From Candidatus Omnitrophota bacterium (GTDB lineage Bacteria; Omnitrophota; Gorgyraeia; 2-01-FULL-45-10): a DNA stretch of 64,000 nt. Where the stretch lies: assembly GCA_041650935.1 (NCBI GenBank), contig JBAZKH010000001.1, positions 139,945 through 203,944 on the forward strand. The letters run 5' to 3'. Below the pieces are notes generated by a model. That model made no database searches and was not told the origin of the DNA. It worked only from the letters and a program-made list of their open reading frames with translations. Position numbers and translations under genes: made by a program. Shown piece after piece: positions 9,832 to 19,600 of the stretch; positions within the stretch are counted from its first letter, which is position 1, and every line of letters starts with the position of its first letter.

Positions 9832-10893
9832 ATGGCTGTGAAAAATTATAAGATCGCGGTGATCCCGGGTGACGGTACCGGCCCGGAAGTAGTTGCCGAG
9901 GGGTTGAAGGTCATGAAGGCCGCCGCTAAAAAATTCGGCTTTAGTTACAAAACGGATATGTTCGATTATGGCGGCGCGAGATATCTTAAGACGGGCGAGA
10001 CCATTACCGATAAAGAGCTGGCCGCGCTAAAAGAATACGATGCCATCTTTTTGGGAGCGATAGGGCATCCGGACGTAAAACCCGGTATCCTGGAGCAGGG
10101 GATACTCCTGAAGACACGGTTCGGTCTCGACCAGTACATAAATTTGAGACCTGTAAAATTATACAATTCCGCGTTCTGCCCGTTAAAGGATACGACGCCG
10201 GAGGATATAGATTTTGTCGTCGTGCGCGAAAATTCCGAGGGCCTGTACAAGGGCATGGGCGAATTCCGGGATAAGGGCAAGCCGGATGAGGTTGCGATAC
10301 AGATTTCATATAATACGAGGAAAGGCGTCGAGCGGTGCATCCGTTACGCGTTCGAGTTCGCGAGAAAACGTAATAAAAAAAAGAAACTGACGCTCTGCGG
10401 CAAGACAAATGTCCTCACCTTTGCGTGGGACCTTTGGCAGAGGACATTCGACATCGTGAAGAAGGACTACCCGGATATCCAGACCGACTACGCCCATGTC
10501 GACGCGACCACGATGTGGTTCGTAAAGAACCCGGAATGGTTCGACGTAATCGTTACCGATAATTTGTTCGGCGATATCATAACCGACCTTGGCGCCATGA
10601 TACAGGGCGGCATGGGCATCGCCGCGGGCGGTAATATCAACCCGGCAGGCGTATCGATGTTCGAGCCGATCGGCGGTTCCGCGCCGAAATATACGGGTAA
10701 ACATGTCATAAATCCGCTCGCCGCGGTCTGCGCGGGCGGGATGCTGCTCGATAATATAGGCGAAGAAAAAGCGGCGCGGGCTATCGAAAGAGCCGTTATA
10801 AAGATAGCAAGCACCAGGATGAAGAGTCTCGCGGCGGGCAAGATGGGGTACTCGACCGAAGAGGTAGGGGATCTGGTGGTTGAAAATCTGTAG
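9832..10893 (+). CDS. leuB: 3-isopropylmalate dehydrogenase
   Basis: KIAVIPGDGTGPEVV N-terminus, NLFGDIITDL and GGSAPK motifs. Confidence 0.9.
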   Translation: MAVKNYKIAVIPGDGTGPEVVAEGLKVMKAAAKKFGFSYKTDMFDYGGARYLKTGETITDKELAALKEYDAIFLGAIGHPDVKPGILEQGILLKTRFGLDQYINLRPVKLYNSAFCPLKDTTPEDIDFVVVRENSEGLYKGMGEFRDKGKPDEVAIQISYNTRKGVERCIRYAFEFARKRNKKKKLTLCGKTNVLTFAWDLWQRTFDIVKKDYPDIQTDYAHVDATTMWFVKNPEWFDVIVTDNLFGDIITDLGAMIQGGMGIAAGGNINPAGVSMFEPIGGSAPKYTGKHVINPLAAVCAGGMLLDNIGEEKAARAIERAVIKIASTRMKSLAAGKMGYSTEEVGDLVVENL

Positions 10894-10897
10894 AGAC

Positions 10898-10937
10898 GAG
10901 TTATCCACAATGTAGGGGACGTTTAAACGTCCCCTAC
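10898..10937 (+). repeat. ~40-bp element GAGTTATCCACAATGTAG + GGGGACGTTTAAACGTCCCC hairpin (copy 2)
   Basis: Shares the 5' flank, the GACGTTTAAACGTC core and the 3' CTAC with the copy at 5181..5220. Confidence 0.6.
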
Positions 10938-10958
10938 TGCAGAATGATGGGCTGAAAC

Positions 10959-11954
10959 ATGAAGAAATACAACGTAGCCATAATGGGCGCGACAGGCGCC
11001 GTCGGGAATTGTTTCTTACGGATTCTCGAGGAGCGTAAGTTCCCCATTAAAAATATACGGCTTCTTGCTTCCGAGCGTTCGGCGGGCAAGAAATTAAAGT
11101 TTATGGGCAAGGACCATCCCGTGGAGGTCCTGACCCACGACTCCTTTAAGGGGGTCGATATCGTCCTGGCAAGCGCCGGCGCGTCGCGGAGCCTCGAATT
11201 TTTGCCGAGTGCGGTAAAAGCCGGGGCTGTATGCGTCGATAACTCGAGCGCTTTCCGGATGGATAAAGGGGTGCCGCTTGTCGTCCCCGAGGTAAACCCG
11301 CAGGATATCAAAAAGCACAAAGGTATTATCGCCAACCCCAACTGCTCGACGATACAGATGGTCGTGGCGCTCTATCCGGTGCATAAGCGCGCTAAGATAA
11401 AGAGGATAGTGGTGACGACCTTCCAGTCCGTCTCCGGCGCCGGGCAGAAGAAGATAGTCGAACTCCAGGAACAGGCGGCGGCATTCCTCGCGCGGAGGCC
11501 CTTTAAGGCGGTTGAACTGCCGTACCAGATAGCGTTCAATCTCATCCCGCAGATAGACGTATTTATGGATAATGGATATACGAAAGAAGAGATTAAGATG
11601 GTCAACGAGACACGTAAGATCATGGGCGACGATTCGATCAACGTGAATGCTACGTGTGTGCGGGTGCCCGTATTCTACGCCCATTCGGAGAGCGTCAATA
11701 TCGAGACTGCCAAATATATAAGCGCCAATGAGGTGCGCGAGCTCCTTCTGAAGGCGCCTGGCGTGAAGCTCGTCGACGATCCGCAGACCAGGCGGTATCC
11801 GATGCCTATCGACGCGGAAGGCCGTGACGCGACGCTCGTCGGCAGGATCAGGCAGGACGAGTCCGTGAAGAACGGGATATCGATGTGGGTCGTTGCCGAC
11901 AATATCCGCAAAGGCGCCGCGTTAAACGCCATCCAGATTGCTGAGCTACTGTAA
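10959..11954 (+). CDS. asd: aspartate-semialdehyde dehydrogenase
   Basis: VAIMGATGAVG Rossmann N-terminus, active-site NCSTIQMV. Confidence 0.95.
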   Translation: MKKYNVAIMGATGAVGNCFLRILEERKFPIKNIRLLASERSAGKKLKFMGKDHPVEVLTHDSFKGVDIVLASAGASRSLEFLPSAVKAGAVCVDNSSAFRMDKGVPLVVPEVNPQDIKKHKGIIANPNCSTIQMVVALYPVHKRAKIKRIVVTTFQSVSGAGQKKIVELQEQAAAFLARRPFKAVELPYQIAFNLIPQIDVFMDNGYTKEEIKMVNETRKIMGDDSINVNATCVRVPVFYAHSESVNIETAKYISANEVRELLLKAPGVKLVDDPQTRRYPMPIDAEGRDATLVGRIRQDESVKNGISMWVVADNIRKGAALNAIQIAELL

Positions 11955-12066
11955 AATTTTTCGTCTGTGGAGAAATCCCCTTTCGGGATTGTGCCTCGCG
12001 GGCACGAATCCCTGCGGGGATTTCGACGGCGGGACTAGAGTGGCAGACGAAAAATTTCCATACTAA
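11955..12066 (+). repeat. ~110-bp GC-rich nested palindrome between asd and truA
   Basis: Outer stem TTTTCGTCTG/CAGACGAAAA encloses a long imperfect hairpin GAAATCCCCTTTCGGGATTGTGCCTCG|CGGGCACGAATCCCTGCGGGGATTTC. Confidence 0.5.
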
Positions 12067-12068
12067 TC

Positions 12069-12803
12069 ATGCGCAATATAAAACTCACGATACGATACGA
12101 CGGTACGCGGTATGCCGGCTGGCAGTCGCAGACAAACGGCCTTGCCATACAGGATGTTATTCAGGATACCATTAAAAAGATAACCGGTGAGCGCGTTACT
12201 GTGATAGGCTCCGGCAGGACAGATGCTGGGGTCCACGCCGAAGCCCAGGTTGCCAATTTTAAGACCAGGACAAAGATACCGCTTAAAAATATACAGATGG
12301 CCCTCAATAGCAGGCTGCCCAGGGATATCGCTATAACATATATAGAGGAAGCTGACCCGAAGTTTAACGCTCAGAAGAGCGCGAAGTCAAAGCTTTACAG
12401 GTATACGATACTGAATAATGACTATATGGACCCCCTCAGGAGGTATTTTACCGCAAAGTGTTTCTTTAAGCTGAACGTGAATTCGATGCGGAAGGCCGCC
12501 GGATACCTTGAAGGCCGGCACGATTTCAGGTCGTTTCAGACCACTGACGGAAGAGAGAAGAACTCTGTCCGGACGATAAAGTCTATCGATATCCGGAAGG
12601 ACGGGAATATTATATGCGTTTACATAGAAGCCAACGGGTTTTTATACAATATGGCAAGGAATATTGTGGGCACTCTTGTCGAGGTCGGCCGCGGAAGATT
12701 TACGCCGATGCTTGTGAAAGATATCATAGCAAAACGTGACAGGAGTTCTTCCGGCCCGACGATGCCGGCGAAAGGGCTTTGCATGGTCAAGGTGCGGTAT
12801 TAA
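12069..12803 (+). CDS. truA: tRNA pseudouridine(38-40) synthase
   Basis: IKLTIRYDGTRYAGWQSQ and GSGRTDAGVHA (catalytic Asp) motifs. Confidence 0.9.
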   Translation: MRNIKLTIRYDGTRYAGWQSQTNGLAIQDVIQDTIKKITGERVTVIGSGRTDAGVHAEAQVANFKTRTKIPLKNIQMALNSRLPRDIAITYIEEADPKFNAQKSAKSKLYRYTILNNDYMDPLRRYFTAKCFFKLNVNSMRKAAGYLEGRHDFRSFQTTDGREKNSVRTIKSIDIRKDGNIICVYIEANGFLYNMARNIVGTLVEVGRGRFTPMLVKDIIAKRDRSSSGPTMPAKGLCMVKVRY

Positions 12804-12804
12804 T

Positions 12805-13416
12805 ATGAAGAAGAGATATACGACGATCGCATTCGACCTGGGCAATACCGTTATCAGGTTCGACCACAATATCTCGGCGCGTAAGATAGCCAACCTCTTC
12901 AATATCGATTCCAGGAAGATATATGATACTTTTTTTGATTCGGAAGTAACGAGGGCATTCGATAGGGGGCGGTTGTCATCCAGGCAGTTTCACAAAGAAG
13001 CGACGCGGGTGCTGGGCATAGTGCTTCCATATATGGACTTCGCGAAAATCTGGAGCGAGATATTCTGGGCAGATGAGAAAGTCTGCGGCCTTGTGCGGGA
13101 GCTTAAAAGCTTGAATTACCGGTTATTCCTCCTCTCCAATATAAACCGCATCCATTTCGAATATATCGAAAAACGGTTCGACATCATCAAGGCCTTCGAC
13201 GAACTAATCCTTTCCTATATGGTCGGCGCTATAAAGCCCGAGCCTTTGATATACGAGGATGTCATAAGAAGGGCCGGCGGCAACAGGCAGGATATCCTTT
13301 ATATCGACGACAGGGAGGATCTTATAAAGGAAGCAACCGCGATGGGTATCGATTCGATCCGGTTTGAAGATTTTGATCTCTTAAAACAAGAGATGGCGCA
13401 TAGAGACATCCTGTGA
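12805..13416 (+). CDS. HAD-superfamily hydrolase (subfamily IA-like)
   Basis: Motif I FDLGNTV, motif IV-like DDREDL. Start taken at ATG 12805, just after the truA stop. Confidence 0.7.
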   Translation: MKKRYTTIAFDLGNTVIRFDHNISARKIANLFNIDSRKIYDTFFDSEVTRAFDRGRLSSRQFHKEATRVLGIVLPYMDFAKIWSEIFWADEKVCGLVRELKSLNYRLFLLSNINRIHFEYIEKRFDIIKAFDELILSYMVGAIKPEPLIYEDVIRRAGGNRQDILYIDDREDLIKEATAMGIDSIRFEDFDLLKQEMAHRDIL

Positions 13417-13418
13417 GG

Positions 13419-13436
13419 TTTTCCACCCCGGGGTGT
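13419..13436 (+). terminator. GC palindrome TTTCCACCCCGGGGTG (second copy)
   Basis: CACCCCGGGGTG is a perfect palindrome, followed by an A/T-rich tract. Confidence 0.5.
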
Positions 13437-13470
13437 AAAATTAAGATTTAAAAAAGTTAGACATTTTCAC

Positions 13471-13498
13471 TTGACAAATCTTTCCTGTGTGGTAAACT
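13471..13498 (+). promoter_or_regulatory. sigma70-like promoter TTGACA-N16-TAAACT for the giant ORF
   Basis: TTGACA at 13471-13476 and TAAACT at 13493-13498, about 170 nt upstream of the SD AGGAGG and ATG 13671. Confidence 0.5.
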
Positions 13499-13670
13499 AC
13501 ACACAAGTTGTTTTATCCGCCTTCGCTAACTGACTTAAAATAACGGAAAGCTTCGGCGGACACTTTAATACAGAATGTAACAGCGAACGCTTGGCAAAAT
13601 TGCCGGGCGTTTTTTATTTTTATAAAAGAGTTTAATAAGTCGAAATACTACAAAACAGGAGGAGCTATAA

Positions 13671-16600
13671 ATGAAGAATAAGATATTAATAAAATCTTTG
13701 AGTATAGTCGTTTTATGCGCATTTCTATTTAACGATCTCGCCTATGGCCTGAGTCCTATAGTCGTGTCGGGCCCCGATGGTGGAGGCTCCGGCACCAGAG
13801 ATGACATGTACGCCCTCGGCAAGAAGTTATTTGCCGCGAAGTGGCTCGGTCCCGGCTCAATCGGTGCGATGGACATGTCCCGTGTTGGTATCCCGAAATT
13901 TCGCGGAACCGCCCCGAAGATAAAGAACGTCTCAAATTTCCGCAGGGTGACTTACCGGGAAGACATGGAATTTCCCGCCGGCTGGTCAAATAACAAAGTG
14001 AATAGGGAGTTGCTAAAGTCTCGGGACCTCATCTCTGCCCTCAGATGTTTCAGGAAGAATGAAGCCGCAATATCGGGTGAATTCCTATCTATCGAAGAAG
14101 GGTATTTTGAACCGGAGCGGAAGGGTGAACTGCCGATAGCCAGGACGGAAATACTTGATAACGGCATGCTTAAGCTCATCGTACATACGGAATTTGTCCA
14201 GATGTGGGACGATCTGCTGGCCCGCGATATATGGTTCGATCACACCTTCCCGGACGGTAAGACCAGGACCGTGAGCGCTGCGTGGGCGCTATTTTACCGC
14301 CTGGCCAAGCACGAGATGGCGGATAGGGTTAAGGTAGGAGCGTATCATAAAGGCGGAGGGCACATATCAAGCTTTTCTTTCGGGAGCATTCCCGAAATAT
14401 TCAGCAATGAGTTTTCGGCAAACGAGATCGGCGGGCGATATAATATCATAAACGACGCTATATGGCTCTGGTATCTGGGCTCTTATTCCTATACCAACAA
14501 GACGAGATACAATAATAGAACCGCGAAGGCGAGGTACAACTGGATATTTAACGGTAAGAAGGCTAAGGAGCTTGAGCTCGACCAGGAATTTCCCAATCTT
14601 CGCGGCGGCGAAAACAAGGCAAATAGGGAATTTGCCATCAAGCTGGCCCTGAATATAAATAAGACGTGTTTTGAAAAAGGTAGAATAGTGTGGGAGACCG
14701 TAGTCGATCAAAAATTCATCGATGCCTACGAACGGCGACGACAGAGGATTTATTCTGTCCTACCCGCTACCGGCCGCGACGATGATCGAAAGCCGCGCGC
14801 GCATGACCGTTGGGCCAGGGGTGAGGCCGGGCCGGCTAAGAAAGATCTTGCCGCGGCCAGCGTCGACGATATCACGGCGCTTCTAAGGAAGTATGGCCTT
14901 AAGCCGGCTACTATATCCGAACGCGAATGGATAGCTAGTGTCGCGTCGATGCTGTGTGTGGAAGCAGGCTTTTCGAAGATTGCCCCGCTGGTGAATAAAC
15001 TGTGCTTAGTGCAGGACCTCGGGCGTTATATCGAGGATACAGAACCGGAACTTTACGGGCGGGTAAAGGCAGCTTTTAAAAAGCATGGGCTGGAGACTAC
15101 CGCGGATGCGCTTATAGATGCCGCGAAAGAAGCCGGTTTTACCGATATGATGGATTTCGCAAGAAATGTTATAGGCGGCGAGATAGAGTGGAATCCAAAG
15201 ACCGAAGAAGCCGCCCGCGGATTGGCCGATCATGAAAATAGGACCTTGGAATTACTGGAAGATGAGGGTTATTCTATAGGGCAGTTCGAAGTAAACCTCA
15301 TACCTGCGCACCATGATTTTTCCAAGCTATCTACCGAAACTACGCCGGTAAAGCGGGCTATTACGGCGGCTATCCGGCTGGCGCTTATACTCAATTATTC
15401 TAACAGGAATAAAGGCGATTCGATGGAAGCGGTAGAGAGTTTTATGGTTAGCAGGATTAACACGGAAGGTATGGCCGGGTATGGTATAGATGCGATGCAG
15501 AACTACCGCAGGCTGCTTGCAGCGGAAGGCGGCCAGCTTTTAGCGAGAATAAGAGAAGCGCGGGCGGCATATTCCGCCGATTCTGTCATAAGAGAAGGTG
15601 ATGCGGAATTTTTGGCATCTCTGCAGGGACGATTAATGTCCGGCGAACCACCTGTTGCCGGTGCAGGGTCGGACGGATCTGTTATTGAAGGCAAACTCAC
15701 TATAGGTGACCTTAATAGAGCGGTCATAAGAGAGATAAATAGTGATTCCGGCATAACAGTATCGGATGCAGAAGGATATATAGAATTATGGGGAAACTTT
15801 ATTGCGGAGCACGCCGCGGAGAACACGACTGTTAATATCTCGGATATCGAGAACATTCTTGCCAGTAAGGGCGAAGAGACTATTGGCTGGCGCGAAAGTA
15901 TAAGAGCATTAATAACTCCTTTATCTGTTGGGATAGGTATTGTATGGGGCTATACAGGCTTTTGGTATATAGCGGCAATGCATTATGTCGCAGGGGCAGT
16001 ATTTTTTGGCGATTTTATATATAACAATTTCATAAAAGGGAAGGATGAAAAAGAGGGTTTTGCGGCTCTGGCAGGATACCTCAGGAAGGCCAAGTTGGGC
16101 GTGCCGGGCCAGGCAGTGACTTTCTTCGCGATAGGAACCCCATCCGTTACGCCGAAAGCAACCCTGGCGAATCTGACCATAGATGCCCTTACCGGAGAAA
16201 TTACAAAAGCGCTGAAACATGACTTTAGCCTGACAATTTGGGATAGATTTAGATATGGGGAGTTGTGGGGCAAAGTCATTGAAAAGTATGGAGAAAATGC
16301 GGCCATTAGTATTTCAAATATAGAGAAGGGCCTTATTAATAAGAGAAGCCGGCTCATCGGATGGTGCGGTGCAGGAATAGCTGCAGGCTGTGTATTTGGC
16401 GCTGCAGGCGTCCTTTGCGGTATCGCCGTTCCTTGGGCAACGGCATTATTTGATTTAATTACAGTATATTATTCGATAGAGGGTATCTTTGGGCTTGTCG
16501 GCACTAGACAGCAAGACTTAGCTGCGCTGGCAGGCTACCTTAAAAAAATTGAGTATGAGTTGAGGAGCCAAGAGGCAGGAGAGGCAGTGGAAACGCCTGC

Positions 16601-19600
16601 TCAACCACAGCGTGATGACAAACACAGCCCTGGCGAGCCGCCGACGGCGGGATCGATCGACGGAGTAAAGCCGTCCGACCTTGCCATACATCCGATGCTG
16701 AATGCGCTTATTAATAAATATTTGCAAGGCGGGAATGGAAATGCTTGCGTATCAGAAGATATAAAGACCCCGTTTTTTGACAAACTTTACTTGCTGGGAG
16801 ACGCTAATGATTTTACGTTCCGGGATATTTTCGACAAGCTTGTCAACCGGGAAATGCGAGAGCAGCATATGAACCGGCCGGATGCGGAAGCCGCATTGGT
16901 CATACAGCTTGTAAACCACTACAGAAGCTATGCCCATATTAACAGGCATATGGTCGAAGCGTTCAAGAACCAGCTTGCCCAGCAGGTCGAGCATTTCGGC
17001 GTCTACCATAACGGCGCCATATACGTTATGCGCGGGCTTATAGGAAGTAAAGATGAGATAATACAGCATGCGGTCCTGGAGTGCCGTATCCATAGAGAAT
17101 GCGCTGAAAGCCTGGATTATAACGGTCAAGGCGCGGAATCGGCCTACCGGTCGTGGAGAGATCCAATAGACAGCCGGGAGATGGACGTAAATGTCGCTAT
17201 TCCCGAACACGGCATTAATATAAGAGGGCGAATGACGTATAAGCGGTTTGTCGACCTGGCTTATGACGCCGCGGAGAAAGCGTATCCTCTATCGAGCCTG
17301 ATCCCAAAAAATAAACGGCATAAGCTGGGCGACCTGAGCTATGCCCTGCCCGGTGAACCACCTGTTGCCGGTGTAGGGTCGGACGGCGCCGGCGCTGAAA
17401 GTAAACTTACCATAGACGACCTTACTAGGGCGGTTATACGCAGTATAAATGATGACCCCAGCCTGACGGAATCAGTTATAGAGGGATATGTAGACTTGTG
17501 GAACGATTTTATTCAAGAGCGTCCTGAGGATAATGCGACCGTTAATATCTCGGATATCAAGAAGGCTCTTGCCGAGAAGAACGAACAGCTTACTCCTTTG
17601 GCCGGGGTTGTTATAGAAGCGACTACGGCCGCTATATTTTTTGCCGTAGGTGTCATATGGAGCATCACGGGCCCTTGGTATGTGGCGGCAATATATTATG
17701 CCATAAGTACAGGATTTCTTGCCGATTCCATAAATAATTATCTTTCTCATCATAAACAAAAAGACTTCATGGCGCTGGCAGGCTACCTTAAAAAAATTGA
17801 GTATGAGTTGAGGAGCCAAGAGGCAGGAGAGGCAGTGGAAACGCCTGCTCGGATGCCCGAAGAAACCGACCGGCGGATAAAGCGCGGTAAGTCCCCGGAT
17901 TGGGCGCTCACTGTAATTGCGCTCTCCGGCCTGGAAGAAATTACGATAAAAGATTATTTGGATCAATTTGACTGGGCGATAGAAGAGTATCCGGAGTTTG
18001 ACCTTGACGTCCGCGCCGAAAAGAAGCCGGAATCTACCGCAAGGAGAGACCTTTACCTAAACCCCCGTTCGTTGGAAATAATGGGTATCATCGAACCCGC
18101 AAGCCGTCTTCCGGGCTCGAGGGAATATAGGTGGCGATTGACGGAAAAAGGAAGACGCCTGGCAGAGCTTACCGTCCGGATGAGGAAAAAGATCGAGGAA
18201 GCCTGGCAGATAGTCCCGTCCGGCATACGATGTGATGGAACTACGAGCGAAGAGCTGATTATTGTGGAGGACGATAAAAAAGTTTTAGAGAGCGAACTTA
18301 AAAGCCTGCTTAGATTAAATGGCCGTGACCTTGCGCAAAAATTAGCGGCGGCAAGGTTGGAAGATAGATGTGAAATCGATGACATTCTCAGAGATTTAAG
18401 TGGTAATGCCCGCGTCTCGGAAAAACTGCGTACTTGTATAGAAGATGCGAAGGCCGCGGCGGCGGAGTTTAACAAAGTAACGTCGATGCTGGAACCGCGG
18501 AAAGCCGGCGTGAAGCGCCGTGAGCCGCCTACGATGCAGGAAAAACTTGAGCCGGAGGAGTTTTTTGCGCAAAATAGGACTAAAAATGCAGAGCCCATTA
18601 AGCCGATGAGCAGCCTGCCATATAGTCACGATGACAACATAAGGTTTATGTCCCAAACAGGAAAAGAACGACAGCTTGCGCCCCAAAACTCTGCCGAACC
18701 TGCGCGTATAAGCGTGGGCGGGTCGGAGAAAACCGAAGCCATATCCGTTCCATCATTGGCCGATATCCGCAATATTAGCAGTGCTTTTGCTGCAAGATTA
18801 CCAAGTAATTTTCCGGATTCTTTTAGAACAAGACGCGATCTTCGATTGTGGATGCTCAACGATATCCAATCTTTAAGAGCGCAGTTTTTAGAAAATATGG
18901 CAAGAGCAGGGGGCTATAAAAAGACAGATGTGATGTATCCGCAATATTCAGGCTGGGCTATTGAATGTGATAATAAACGATCTGAAGCTGAAAGGGTATA
19001 TGGAATACTATTCGGCGAAGGGGAAGCGAAACCGGCCCGGCCGCGCGACAACGCCCGCTTTGATTACAAATCTCCCGGCAGTCCGGCGCATTACCTGCTT
19101 TATATAGGGTTATATCCACCCATTCCCACGGGATGGAAGCCTCGGACATTAACCAGCGCCCACTTTTCGCAGATGGGGAAGATCAGTGACAGGACATTGC
19201 GGCGGGACAGAAAGTTTTTAGAAGATATTGGGTATCTGGACATAGAAAAGCCTACCTGGCTTACGGAGAAGGGTTACGCGGAAGCATGTGATTTTGCAGG
19301 CAGGCTGAAAACATTAGCCGCGCAGGTTAAGCCCGGTTACTCTGGGGATAGCCGTCTACTTGTACAGGATTTGATAAAAGAAGCAAATCCCCAAATACTT
19401 TCCGAAATCAAGAAGATGAACGACAAACTTCGGGCGGAAGCAAAATCAGTCCGGTTGAGCAAAGCTGACCAACGGAAAAGACTCGCTGCCATACTATCCG
19501 CAGCGAAGATAAAAGATCTGACCGCCCGCGTCACAGCATTAATATACTTACGGGACAATCTGCCCCGGGAGACTAAAAGAGAAGACGAAAAACTGAAGCG

